From positions 65,784,001-65,848,000 of the forward strand of contig CM059438.1 in the NCBI GenBank assembly GCA_030390025.1: a stretch of 64,000 nt of DNA, in the 5' to 3' direction. The position numbers were made by a program, and so were the translations under genes. Each line of letters begins with the position of its first letter. Position 1 is the first letter of the stretch. The stretch comes from Squalus acanthias (lineage: Eukaryota). Shown piece after piece: positions 35,858 through 48,875 of the stretch. The notes under the pieces are model-generated. The model did no database searches and was not told the origin of the DNA. It saw only the letters and a program-made list of their open reading frames with translations.

Positions 35858-38800
35858 TGACCCAGTCTATGAGGCGGAACAGTGGACACAAGGGTCCACA
35901 CATACGGCAGCAGATAATGAAAGCCATCTGGTTGTTAGCCTATCAAAGGCAGGTTAAGAACGACGATTGTACAAAGATTAAGTTACGAAGGGAAATAGAG
36001 GATATGGCAGGAAAAGCCAGTGACAGAGAAGCGGTGGTAAGCCAACTTCTGAAGGAATTAGAGGATGAACGAGAAGGTCGTAAGAAAGATAGAGAGGAGT
36101 TTGAGAAGGAGAAAGCGAGATGGTGTAATAAAAAGCAATATTTGGAATGTCAGTGTGTGAATCAAGGAGATGAGAGTAAAGCTTGGAAAGAGGAAGCTAG
36201 CAGCCTACAACAACGGGCAGAAAAAGTAGAGAATGATAATAAGGATTTGAAAGCTGCCATTCGGGTGGTGCAGAAACAGGATGTGAAACAAAGTGGGCAG
36301 TAGGACCATGCAGAATGCAAAAGGAAGGTTAAAGAGTTAGAAGAAAAACAACGAGTACAAAGGGGAATGGTGTGCGCTATAACCCCAGGAGAACAGCCTA
36401 TATTTGGGTGGTCATCATCAGACAGTAAGTGGGAGGAGGTTGAAGAAGGAGGGAAGTTAGGACCTATACCTGGGAAAACGATTAAACCACCTCCTACTGC
36501 GCCTTCCCCGATGAACCCCATACGTCAACGGAGGTATCTCGCCCCGGGAGCGGACGCCCGACCGGGAGAGAGGGGTGACTTGGACAGAGAATTCTTTGTT
36601 AATTATGATGATAGGAGTTTGAAAGACATGGCGTCTGACATTAAAAAGTTAGGAATGGGAGGTGAACCCCAAACACATTTCATTGCAGTCGAACAGAGAG
36701 CCGCTGTAAGTGAAATGGATGAGGCTGAAAAGAAGAAGTTATTATTTTTCACTCTTAGCCCTGAAGTGTTTAGCAGCCTCCCACCTGACACGAAGATTGG
36801 TAATGGGACGTATGAGAATCTAAAATTAATGGTTGCTCAGGCGATGGAGGTAGGAACAGGGGATCCCTTCAAGGCTATGGCAGAGATAGAACAGGGGTCC
36901 AATGAACCACCCACAGCATTTGCCGACAGACTATGGCCCACATAAATGGAAGCAACGGGTGGGGGGGGGTAGAAGTGCGAGCCGAATTACTGGGACAACC
37001 CAGAAATCACTGGCTCTGGGTTCTGATATCTCATAGTCTGCCATATTTACAGTCTGTCATGTTGGACTTTGATCCCACAGACGCACATAACACTGAGGAA
37101 AGGGTTTTAAGGAAACTGACTTTGGTGTTTGAAAGAAGACAGCTTGATAAAAGAAACACAGGGACAATTAACAAGCCAAAAGGTAAGGTTTGTGAAATGA
37201 AAGGTGGGACCCTTCGGAAGTGGCAACAAGAAGGAACCTCACCAGAAAAGGGAGGGAGCCAGAATAAGTTGCTGAGAAAATTTAAAAGAAGGAAAAAGGG
37301 AAACTTAAAGTTTTGCCGACACGGAAGCTATCAGCTTCTGTGCCAAAACAAATTAAAAACACAGGATTTGCTGAGTGAAAGAAACCTTAAAAGATGCTGG
37401 AATCCCAGTTTGTGTGAAAGTGTGTGTTAAAAATGTGGAAGTTTTCTGTCTTAGAAAGAAGGTGTCTGTTATGTATGTTTTAGCCACCCACTTTTCTGTG
37501 CAGAGAGCTAAAAGCTGTTTAACCCTTTGTACTGTTGTCTTGAATGTTGGACAACAGTGTGCTGTTTTATGTTTGTTAATTGATTTATGTATGTATATAC
37601 ACATGTATTATTTGAGATGTTTTTAGATTTTGAACTGATTTGGCATTTTGAGTTCATAACCCGTTACAGGGTTTTCTAAGTTGTGTGAATATTTCTTTGT
37701 TAATATGGCTGTAGCTCCTCCCTCTTTTTCAAGTGACACTGGTTAGTTTAAGGTATTGGTCCAAATTAGATTGGCGTTATTGAGGTTAATTAACCTATTA
37801 AAACCAGACTTTTATTATGGCCATGGTGAAATTCTGGTTGGTGTAAATTGTGTGAAAGCCTCTAGTTCTGGACATGAGGCAATCACATCAACAACTGATA
37901 TTTTTAAAATTTTTGACCAATTTCAAGTATGTGTGACCAGGGGGAAAGAAAGGGAATGGTTTCACAGAATGTTTGTAGTGGTGTTACTAATGATGTCTGA
38001 TGTTTTAACCTGCTGAATTGAATTGTAAAGATATTAGCCATTATTAAATTTGAGTTTCTTAATTTTAAATTAATATTTCCCCACATTGACAGAAGGGAAT
38101 CCGGAATTGACGAACTAACCCATTGGGCTGGTAGGAAAGCCACAATGGATTTTCTGTTTTTTCTTTTAAGCAGGAGCTGTAGAAGCCTCCTCGGCCCTCG
38201 GTCCAGAACCACCTTCTATTCACAGATGCGACCTACAAATGCTTACGAACTCACGACGTAGTAAAAGAAAGAGAATGACACCCCTAAGATTTAGACTTTA
38301 TTCGTACCAAAAGCTGAAATGGCTAATGGTAGAGGGAAGGGTACAGGACTGGAAGTGATATTCCATTTTGTCCCCTTCTTCCTACAGGTAAGGACCAGGC
38401 AAAAGATGAATAAAATGAAGAAATTATTCTGGCCAATGATCAGGATTCTGCTCTATCTAGAAGATTTAACATCAGCTCATTCAGTATACTGGGCCATAAA
38501 TAACTACGCCCTCTATAACAGTTTGATTACCGCGGTCCCGACAACATTGCCCCTAGGTAGCGTTCGAGAGATTGTCCTCCTGTCCACTACGGGTACTTGT
38601 GAAACAGATTGTTCAGGAACAGTATGAATCACCACTTATGAGGTACAAGAGGGAAAAGGAATGTGTATTAAGTGTAAAAGTGGGACCACAAGTCGGCCGC
38701 GTGTCTGGTTTCTTCGAGCGGAGACCGATGACATTATGAGGTACCACCAGATAGGGACCCCAGAGAGAACCCCGGGAGTCCGACCCAATCAGAAAACGAT

Positions 38801-39854
38801 GGGAAAACTATGTTGTGTTGGCCACAGGGGTGGCAAGAGCATCAGGGAATATATGGATGTGTAAATCCATGGTCGGGTCCAGATAATGGAGGGGATTTAA
38901 AGAATTGGATGAGTTTTAAGCTCATTGAATCGCCGATGTGTGGTCTTTCCACTGTGTTTGTGTATGGCGCAAGGAATTATCCCCCTTATCAATGGATGTG
39001 GGGTGAAAAGGAGAGAGAACTACCCAAAATATTCCCAGTCAAAACTTACCACATGTCGGAATGCGTAAACGGAACCATAAGTGCAATAGAGTTAAAGGTT
39101 CGTCCGAAAATCGCTCTCCCGGTGAATAAAACACAACCACGGGGAGAACAACGTGCAACTTAGGTTGTTTTCCCTAAACACACCCCAGGACCAACAACTG
39201 GACTGGTGATAATCCCAACCTGAAAGTTCCTATAACATGACGTCCATTACGAAATCAATGAATTTAACGGGATTAGGGATGCCGGAGTGGTGCAAATCTA
39301 AAACCATACAATTGTATGAACGATTAATGCATAAATTAATAGAGCAATTTTGGGAAAGGACCAGTGACACACTGGCAGAGGTGGATTTGGAGACCTTGTA
39401 TCACAGTGAGTTTCCAAATTATTCCGGGTTGAATGTCACCTCGGGAATAACTAAGACCGAGACTATGAAGGGAAGTGGGAAGGGCAATAATGATACATGG
39501 CACGTCAGAAGGTGCCGGAGCTTAATAAATGATGTTGCAACCGCCTTTAACACCGTACCTCCTTTGTCAATACCTTTGAGCTAGCCACTCTAGAGGGCTC
39601 GGTAAACACGGTTAGAAATCGCTTGAGGAAAATTCTGATCAAAATGAACACTTTGGAACAGGGAGAATTGAAGGAGGATAGAGTCATGACTATACACCTG
39701 CAAAATATAGTCATATATCTCGAGTCCTATGCTAAAACAATTAATAACATTTTACGAGAAAACTATGATGCTTTCGACGAATCCGCGTGAAATGACGTGT
39801 GTGTAATGTATGGATCTTGGTTGGTGGAGCAAGCCAGGGAAAACCTACAGCAAA

Positions 39855-40186
39855 ATACTGCGGATGCTGGAAATCCAAAATAACAATAGAAAACGCTGGA
39901 AAAACTCAGCAGGCCAGACTGCATCCGTGGAGAGAGAAACAGAGTTAACGTTTCAGGTCGAAGACCTTTCGTCAGAACTGGAAAAAAGCAGGAAATGAAA
40001 TAGATTTAAAGCAAGTATAATGCTGGGAAAAGGGGGAGGGATTGAAAGAACAAAAGGGAAGGGCAGTGGTAGGATAGAAAGCAGGAGAGATTAAGAGACA
40101 TTGAGAGACATTAAGAGATAATCAAGGCAAGAGGAGGTGGTAATGTGACAGGTTGAGGCTAGATGAAGTGTGAAATGCGCTGGCAG
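39855..40186 (-). mobile_element. Penelope-like fragment inserted in old env
   Basis: 13-bp TSD AACCTACAGCAAA (39842-39854, 40187-40199); carries a hammerhead core; related to 42842-43087. Confidence 0.75.
39943..39979 (-). ncRNA. Minimal type I hammerhead ribozyme (Penelope-type)
   Basis: Minus strand AGTT-CTGACGA-A-AGGTC ttc GACCT-GAAAC-GTT-AACT. Confidence 0.72.
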
Positions 40187-41265
40187 AACCTACAGCAAAT
40201 TACTGAGAGGAAGCTTCCCTCTTGGGTGACTGATCAACATTTAAGGGCTATGTCCACCTACCAACTAAATTTGACTATGTGTCAGGTCAGAAAATTGGTG
40301 CAGGTATACTCGGTGTGACATTACTGCAACTGGCTGAAGCAAGGGATGTCACTCTGTTGGGTTTGGTATTGTATTATCCTATCCCGCAGGGGAGGACAAC
40401 CCCAAGTCCTTTGTTTCATATAGAAAACATAGGGATACGCCGGGGAGATCATGTAGTAGAGTATAGTGCACCTCCAAAGTATGTGGCCCGGGTGGATGGG
40501 ATCACGTGGGTGGTCCCAGACCTTACTGGATGCACCCGACACTGGGATGCATTCATTTGCCCTTGTGACATAGCGGAGCATGCAGCCCCCGCTTGTGGGT
40601 TTAAATGGGATCACATGGCATGGAATTGCACTATGAAGGCAACTCCAGGGGAGCACTTCCCTGTGAGATCATCATATCGGGAAAAAGGGGAATATTGTGT
40701 CACCACCATACACCGGGAATACCAGTACAGTAATCTGATCTGTCCTATTGCAATGGGAACATTTTGTTTTACTCCGGTCCCGGCCTGTACGGATTGGAGC
40801 GCAGGTGTTATTAGATGTATATTCACATGACCAACTAACTATTAATAGAAAAGATGAGTTAAAAGAGCAGTTGCACCAATATGTTGTTAGATTTGGATAC
40901 AGCATACCATCCCTGCCCGAGCACCTGATAGGGTTCATGAAGCGTATTAATCAGTCTCAAAAACATTATTACATTTTGACCCAGAAGAACCATGAGCTAA
41001 GGATGGAAATACTTAAAGTCGGGGATGATTCGTCCTGGTGGGATACCGGCATGAATATCGAGGTTCATCCTTGGATAAGGATTATTTCCCACGTTTTAGT
41101 CATCATTCAGTTGATAATTGTGTTATACCTGTTAACACTAACGTGTCATGTCAAAAGATGGTGCAAGCAACAAGAAATAGTCAGGTTACTGCAGAAAATG
41201 CAGGATGTTTTCGAGTAAGTAATGGTAATCCAAAAAATTCTGCTGACAGTTACTTGAGGGGAGAC

Positions 41266-42337
41266 TGTAAGTATGCACAGACCCTTATTTTTTTATTTTG
41301 GTATATATTAAAGTGCTTTGCCAGGCCAAAAGGTTTTTCGAAGGGAAATAAAGTTGGGGAATGTAACAGACTGTCTTTTACTGATAAATGGACATGGAAT
41401 GTGCTTTGATGTGCTTTACTAAAAGACAGCAAACATTTGGTGAGCAAATGTGCTTTCAAAAGAAACTGTTGAATTGGAGCTGCTTTGTGATGGAGATATT
41501 TCAAGAGCTGGGTGTCAGATAGTAGATACTGACAGAACAAGTGGTTGTGACTGCAGGGGGTAGTCATCGACAACAGAGATGAACAAACCCCCTTAGATTT
41601 GCAGACTTCATGTGTACAACGAACAGGCCACAAGGTTGTACAATGACTTTTGGTGGCTAAAAGGGAGGAGTCAAACATGGGAGTTCTGAAATACAGGATG
41701 CAACGTAACACATGAAATGTGACCGAGTGGTTTACTGCCACTTCTGTAAACTTTTATGAGTGAATGAACAATTTGGGCTTTGATAAAGGCAGCTAATGGG
41801 TAACCACACAGGATGTGTGGGTGTGAAAGTTTGTCAGCTCAAACAACTCAGGTCGAACATTAAAGGAACACCTCTCAATCTCTGAAAGATTGACTTACTG
41901 AGAAAGGCAAGGAAAACTGTATAAAAGACCGTGACTAAAAATATCGACACTGCAGTCGAAAGGCGGAGAGCTACTGCAGTCGAAAGGCGGAGGGTTACTG
42001 CAGTCAAAAGGCGGAGAGCTACTGCAGTCGGAAGGAGGGGCCTGGCCAATCATTTCACCTCTAAGAGCTGCAGTCGGAAAGAGGTGGCCTGGCCAGTCAT
42101 CTCGCCTACGAGGACATACAATCAACGCTGGACTGATCATCTGCGGGTGTTTGTATGTATGATTTCCTGTAACATTAATGGTGAACTGCTCGACTAGTGG
42201 TTGGGGTTTTGAATCTGTCTTAGGAACAATAAAAGGTTAAAGGCAGAACCGGTGTGTCTGGTGTAATTTCTCACAAGTCTCAATCTGAACTCTATAACCT
42301 GTTGAATGGGGCGAGGGGTAAGTCCGCATGTTCTACA
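41266..42337 (+). repeat. Old ERV 3' LTR (1072 bp)
   Basis: TGTAAG...CTACA then AATG; TATAAAA at 41920, 24-bp tandem units, AATAAA at 42228. Confidence 0.93.
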
Positions 42338-42841
42338 AATGTAGCCTTTATAACATTTATCCCTCAACCAAAGCCACTAAAAAAAACAAATTAATTGGTA
42401 ATGTATCTTATTGCTGCTTGTGGGACCTTGCTGTGCATAAATTGGCTGTTGTGTGTGTGTGTGCACAACAAAAGTGTGTGCACTTCCAAATAATTCATTG
42501 GCTGTGAAGTGCTTTGGCATGTCCTGAGGGTGTGAAAGGTACTCTATCAATGCAAATTCTTTCTTTCTTCTCGCTTTAGTAGTTCCAAAAGTTTTCCTGA
42601 ACACTGACTGCAAGACTGTGAGGGAAGAACACATAGTGAGAGGCAGAGGTTAGACCACAGAAGAACAGATTTGGGTAGAACGGAACATAAGCCGATGAGC
42701 TGGGAGGGCAAAAGCGCAAGGGAAAAAGGCTCAGACATTTAGTAGCATGAGGAGTATCAAGTATTCAAAGCTCTATTCTATGTCACTGATGTCATTAGGA
42801 ACTATGGAAGTTGAACTAAATTATACTACTTCAAGGTGGTT

Positions 42842-43087
42842 CTATGGTAAGTAGAGACATTAAGAGATGCTCAAGGCAAGACGAGATGTCTCTACTTACC
42901 GTAGACCACCCCTTTTGTTCTTTTATTCCTCCCCCCAGCCTCCCCCTTGCTTTTTTATCTGTTTCATTTCCTGCTTTTTTCTCAGTTCTGATGAAGGGTT
43001 TCGACCTGAAACGTTAACTCTGTTTTTCTCTCCACGGATGTTGCCTGGCCTGCTGAGTTTTTCCAGCGTTTTCTGTTGTTGTTTCAA
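42842..43087 (+). mobile_element. Penelope-like fragment with hammerhead core (42984-43019)
   Basis: AGTT-CTGATGA-AGGGTTTCGACCT-GAAAC-GTT-AACT; inverted junction GGTAAGTAGAGACAT/ATGTCTCTACTTACC. Confidence 0.65.
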
Positions 43088-43809
43088 TTATACTACTGCT
43101 GCCCAGCAGCACATGGTTAAAGACTGTTTCTGCTGTTGTAATTCATCCATCATGCTTAGTCACTCCTTCAAACTTGTATCACAAATAGAATTATCCCAAA
43201 ATTATTGACAACAAAAAATGAGATTATGGTCTTGTTTACCACAGGCATGAGTTTGAGCATGATGCTTGGCTCAGGTAAGTTATATTGCTAGCTACACATT
43301 ACTCTTGGCTCAGGCAAACACCCAAATCAGTCAGTACGGTTGGCACTTTGTTAAGAATAAAAGTTTTTAACTGACTTTTAGAGTTAATTTCAACATCTGT
43401 CACATCTAATGCAAAGATGAAGGGAAGTATGAGCCAACTTTATTGAGATGTCAGACACAAGTAGCTAGAAGTTCAGTAACTTCACTCCCTCGTAATATTA
43501 CAGATTGTGCTGCCAGTGAGACATGAAAATGACACAGAATCAAAATCTGACGTATGATTGTGCCTTTAATCTTAATGACATTTTATTTTTGCAAGACAAT
43601 GGAATCTATTCTCTGTAGTGTTGGCATCAGGTCAGATAGAAACAAGGGATGGATACAGAGCATAGTGCCTCAGCATTGTGCCTTTTACCCTCAACTTCAA
43701 AAGATCTCTCCCTGTTCTATAGCACATCATCTCAATTAATTTCATTATTTTGCTTTTGCTATTGTGCATTTCTACAATAGTAGTAAGAATGGCTGTCAAC
43801 TTCAGTGTC

Positions 43810-44985
43810 AGCTGTAACTCAGTGGGTTGTGAGTTCAAATCCCACTCCAGAGACTTGAGCACAAAAATCTAGGCTGACACACCAGTGCAGTGCTGAGGGA
43901 GTGCTGCACTGTTGGAGGTGCCGCCTTTCGGATGAGACGTTGAACCGAGGCCCTGTCTGCTCTCTCAGGTGGACGTAAAAGATCCCATGGCACTATTTTG
44001 AAGAAGAGCAGGGGAGTTATCCCCGGTGTCCTGGCCAATATTTATCCCTCAATCAAATAAAAACAGATTGGCCCAAAAATTAGTATTAGTACGCGAGAGT
44101 ACGCACTGTGTACTCTCGCGTATTCTGTCTCCAATTGCCGTTTTTTTGCATGCACTGCGCATGCGCTGAAAACCGGCACTTGGTGAACTCAAAAGGGGGC
44201 GGTTCCTAGGTGAACCGCGTGCGCGCTACAGGCTGCGCGCACGCAGTGCACTTAGTGCTTTGAACGCGCAGGTAAGCATGGAAGATTTTGCACATAAAGA
44301 AAGGAGGCGTAAGACCCTCTTTTAACAAGGTAAGTAGTTAATTAAGTATTATTTTAAATTTTTTTCAACAGGTTTATCTTTTTTAGAGACTTTAAAGAAA
44401 GGTAAGTTTATTTTTATAACTTTTAAAAAGATTTTAAATTTTTTCAAAAATTTAATTTTTTGTTTAAAGTGGTTAATTTATTTAACTATACTTATTTTAT
44501 TAATGTGATGGTTTTTAAAAAAAATTAATTGAGGTTTAGCTGTTCTTTTGGGGGGGTATAGATTCATAGCTTTGACAGCCCTTGCTGTCAAAATTATGAA
44601 TGAAAGATGGTGTGCTGCCATTGGCTCTAACTGAATCACGTGATCCCACAGCTCGCACGAATTAACTGCGTCTGTGGGATACGCACACACTGCACAGCTG
44701 CAGCCTTGAAACTAAAGTTTGTGTGAGCTCGGAAGGAAAAGGCAGGCGCGCAGTGAGATATCGCGGGGAAGCCTTACCCCCGCAGGAAGGCTCCGTCTTT
44801 AATTTCTGGGCCATTATCTGGTCATTATCACATTGCTGTTTGTGAGAGCTTGCTGTGTGCAAATTGGCTGCCGTGTTTCCTACATTACGATAGTGACTGC
44901 ACGCCAAAAGTACTTCATTGGCTGTAAAGCGCTTTGAGACGTACGGTGGTTGTGAAAGGCGCTATATAAATGCAAGTCTTTCTTT
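43810..44985 (+). mobile_element. DeuSINE (SacSINE1-like) split by a MITE
   Basis: B-box GTTCAAATCC; Deu-domain-like TTTCGGATGAGACG...AAAGATCCCATGGCAC...CCCCGGTGTCCTGGCCAA (recalled AmnSINE1 core); L2-like tail GCTATATAAATGCAAGT. Confidence 0.8.
44070..44812 (-). mobile_element. MITE copy 1 (PIF/Harbinger-group-like)
   Basis: TIR GGCCCAAAAATT/AATTTCTGGGCC, TSD ATT; reverse-complement homologue of 48876-49618 and 52781-53547. Confidence 0.8.
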
Positions 44986-45059
44986 GAGCTACATTAATAA
45001 TTTGACATTTTTTTAATCAATGGTAGATTTGATGTGTTCATTATTTTTGGGAAACTTAG

Positions 45060-45680
45060 CATCAGCGAGCAGGTTATTGGTAAATAGCTGTTACTTGCTG
45101 GCACTATTGTTGACTCCTTCCATCATTTTACTGACGATTGGCAGGAGGTTGATATGCAATAATTGCCTGATATATCCTGTTTCTTGTGGATAGGACATAC
45201 CTGGGCAATCTTCCACATTGTTGGGTAGGTGTTGGTGTCATTGCTGTACTGGAACAGCTTAACTAGGGCAGCAGCTGGCTCTGGTGCACAAGTCTTCAGC
45301 GCTACATCTGGGATGGTTTCAGAGACCATAGCCTTCGCTGTGTCCAGTATACTCAGCTGCTTCTTAATGTCACGTGGAGTAAACCAAATTGGCTGGACAC
45401 TGGTGTCTATGATGATGGAGACTTCATGAGGAGGCCAAGTAGGATTATCCACTCGGCACTTTTGGCTGAAGACATGTGCAAACACCTCAGCTTTGTCTCG
45501 TACTTGCATGTTGGGCTCTACTATGGTTGAAGATAGGAATGCATGTTGGAGCCTCCTCGTCCTGTTCGCTGCCTGGTTGTCCACCACCATTCCCAGCTGG
45601 AAGTGGTAGGGCTACAGAGCTTTGCTCAGATCGGTTGGTTGTGAGACTGCTTAGCTCTGTCTAGTGCGGAAGTAGTCCTG
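45060..45680 (-). mobile_element. LINE ORF2 fragment, same family as 9495-10910
   Basis: DKAEVFA..FSQKCRVDNP, WKIAQVCPIHKKQD. Confidence 0.8.
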
Positions 45681-46614
45681 TATAGTCATCTGAGACAGTT
45701 CATTGATGTGGGAACCATTTAAATCTGTATCTGTGTGTTAATTGACTCTAATGTGTCGCTTCTGTTCAATTTGATTTGTGGGGAGAGCTTCACAGCTTTG
45801 TGTATGTGTGAGGTCCATTTTATATAAGCAATATCTCATATTGAGATCTGTTTAAATACCTCAGGGTATATAATGAAGTAAAAAACAAAGACAATTTGAA
45901 TTCATCTACTCTACGTTTTACAATACAACAGATGGAACAGACCTACTCAAAGAGACGTCCTGGTGAGGACATTGATGATGGAGGCTTTGAGTTGTAATTT
46001 ATGAACTGTTCATACATGGTTTATATTTTTGCACTTCAGTTGTAGCATCCAGCAATAGGTTATATACGTAGAAGAAACAAAGGCTTAGAGCGGACATGAT
46101 CGATGTTCTCAAATGATGAAGGGATTACAGAGAGGTTAGGTATTTGATTTGGAATAGATTGGGATGACAGGACTAGAAGTCATATCTGTAAAATCCACAG
46201 GGAAAGTTAGGTCAGAGATCAGGAAGTATTTCTTTTCACACAAAGTCACCATCCTCTGGATTGAACTAATGAGATATGGGGTGAGTGTGGAGTCACTACA
46301 GTCCTTTAAAGGGGAACTTGATGATGTCCTGATAGAAGAGGACATTTCCAGTTATAATGGGTAAGTTGCTTGTTAGTTGAAATTTGATGAGTCTTTTGGG
46401 CAACTGCAATCTCCTGGAAATGGCTCAATTTCCTCAGAGGTGAATTCTCCAGAGTTTTTCTTGAATTGGTCACAAGCTTGCTCTTTCCCCCAACCCCCAC
46501 CAGTAGATAGCGTTGTTAGGAGGTTGGTGGGTGTTATGTGAGGTTACACATCGAATGGGGAAGGCGTGATGTGCCTTGTGCTCTTTTCTTACCCTTCTGT
46601 TCTAGTGACTCAAC

Positions 46615-47170
46615 AATAACAACAACAACAACTTGTATTTATATAGTGCCTTTAACATAGTAAAACGTCCCAAGGCGCTTCACAGGAGTATTATAAGACA
46701 AAAAATTTGACACTCGCCACATAAGGAGAAATTAGGGCAGGTGACCAAAAGCTTGGTCAAAGAGGTAGGTTTTAAGGAGCGTCTTAAAGGAGAAAAGAGA
46801 GGTAGCGAGGCGGAGAGGTTTAGGCAGGGAATTCCAGAGCTTAGGGCCGAGGCAACAGAAGGCATGGCCACCAATGGTTGAGCGATTATAATCAGGGATG
46901 CTCAAGAGGGCAGAATTAGAGATTACAGAGATCGGGAGGGGCGAGGCCATGGAGGGATTTGAAAACAAGGATGAGAATTTTGAAATCAAGGTGCTGCTTA
47001 ACCGGGAGCCAATGTAGGTCAGCGAGCACAGGGTGAATGGGACTTGGTGCGAGTTAGGACACGGGCAGCCGAGTTTTGGATGACCTCAAGTTTACGTAGG
47101 GTGGAATGTGGGAGGCCAGCCAGGAGTGCGTTGGAATAGTCAAGTCTAGAGGTAACAACGGCATGGATGA
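46615..47170 (-). mobile_element. L2 LINE 3' fragment
   Basis: SRLDYSNALLAGLP...QNSAARVLT, GPKLWNSLP, LKTYLF; (GTT)n tail. Confidence 0.85.
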
Positions 47171-48875
47171 TTTCTCCAGTGTTTAACTGAGTCATACAGA
47201 TCAGAAAGAGCCACAGGTTCAATCTGCCATCAGCATTGACCTCAACATCTCTGGGCTAGACAAGGAAAAGAAATCAAAGAAGGTTCTTGTCCTTGAACAT
47301 CACCTAATGACACTTGATGAAGATGTATGTGCATTGGGTGAGAACAGAGTTGGCTGGATCCCCATTGTTAAATAACCTCCTGACATTCACTGTAAAGGTT
47401 CACACATGAAAAACGGTGACTATGGTGAGGTACTAGATGACAAACAGTACTTATTCAGTCTGTCACTCTGTAAAATTATTATAAATAGTTGTTTTTTTGC
47501 TGTGTTTGTAATCACTGCTCTTTATCTGTTACAGCTTTGATTAATGAAATCATGACAAATAAGATTTTAAAAAAATTACTAGACAATATTAAATATTAAT
47601 AAACTCTCCAGGGACATCAGTATATGAAAGAGTTATGAGTCTAATAACCAATATCATAACATCAAAATGTGCCTCCAGCAAAGAAATATATCATCACAGG
47701 AAGCATTAAAATGATTATGTGATGGCTTTACAGCAGAGGTGTCACCATCCCGCTTTTCACAGAGGGACTGCATCGTCTCCCATGTGTGCGGAAATTAACG
47801 AGATAGCTATGCTTCTTCTGAAGTCTAACTGAAAGAAATTTGAGTTGAGTTAATAGCTACAGTATCAGGTATGCAAAATAGACAAAATGATTGTATAGAT
47901 AGCCATGGCACTGTCCAATACAAAGAAACACTTGTTCAAAATCACGACGTTAAGAATAAGGAGAGAAGTGAGGTGGGAGGTTTTCATTTGAAGGCTAGCA
48001 AACTTGTCAAATAAGTCACTCGGGAAGGCCAAGCGAGCAGCAGGATTCGCTGAGCTAACACCAGCTCAACAGCTGGAAAGCGACTTCACGGCATAGATAC
48101 ATCACGGTTGCAGCGGAAGTTCCCAGGAAACTTTTCTGAGTATGCAGTAGCGGTGGGGAATCCTGCCTGCTAGCTGCCCAAATCAGAACATGGTGAGCGT
48201 GCTGGGATCCTCTCTCTGGCACAGAGGAGGAGCCAGGACTCAGCCACAAGACTGGTCGGCAAGGCAGCAGCCAAAACACCTTGGGTAAAAAAAAACAGGG
48301 GGTTCTGAATACAAGTTCTGATTTAACATGAATAAACAACTAGAACATTTTGCTAACACTAAGTGCCTTTGCAGAGATATTTGGTCAAGAAGGAAAGATG
48401 CAAATTAGTTCAATATAGGGTAGAAATATAGAAGATATTTCCACTAGTGGGGAAGACCAAAACTAGGGACCAGAAATATAAGATAGTCACTAATAAATCC
48501 AATAGGGAATTCAGGAGAATCTTCTTTACCCAGAGAGTGATTAGAATGTGAAACTTGCTACCACAAAGATTGATTGAGACAAATAGCACAGATGTATTTA
48601 AGGAGAAGCTAGATAAACACACAAGGGAGAAAGGAATGGATGCTTTATTGATAAGCTTAGATGAAGAGGGTGGGAGGAGGCTGGTGTGAAGCATAAACAC
48701 CGGCATAGAGCTGTTGGGCCGAATGGCCAGTTTCCGTGTTGTACATTCTATGCAATTTTATGCAATCTTTCATCAAGTTTTATATATTTCTTGATATTTG
48801 TTACAAAAAGCCCACACCCTAAGCAGATAGCAGCGGCAATTTGCTGCCCCATCATATTTCATGCAGAGATTTATT

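Larger units (their letters stand above)
23040..37350 (+). pseudogene. gag: Old ERV gag pseudogene (23040-23147 plus 35862-~37350), split by the young provirus
   Basis: MGGKTAKMMDELVTKYVVGKLPLKVRWIRIIIDGDD|PVYEAEQWT reads across the insertion and aligns to the young Gag; later AIWLLAYQRQVK, PTAP, EPPTAFADRLWP, WQQEG; stops and frameshifts. Confidence 0.85.
38406..41218 (+). pseudogene. env: Old ERV env pseudogene
   Basis: Pyrimidine tract and CAG acceptor at 38361-38387, then ATG; fragments homologous to young Env (CIKC..WFLR, HQGIYGC, NLT..MPEWC, RRCRSLINDVATAFNT, IENIG, DLTGC, YCVTT, PWIRIISHVLVIIQ); frameshifts and an insertion. Confidence 0.9.
17988..42337 (+). mobile_element. Older degraded ERV (LTR-gag-env-LTR, no pol), related to the young provirus nested in it
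   Basis: TG..CA LTRs at 17988-22989 (split) and 41266-42337; 4-bp TSD AATG (17984-17987, 42338-42341); PBS; PPT GAGGGGAGAC before the 3' LTR; gag/env remnants homologous to the young element. Confidence 0.93.

Noticed and set aside
35812..36303. 163-aa coiled-coil ORF after the 3' LTR as a separate gene
   Set aside because: It starts in the LTR and continues into the interrupted old gag.
41949..42040. CRISPR-like repeat array
   Set aside because: Units are head-to-tail with no unique spacers, lie inside a eukaryotic LTR, and there are no cas genes.
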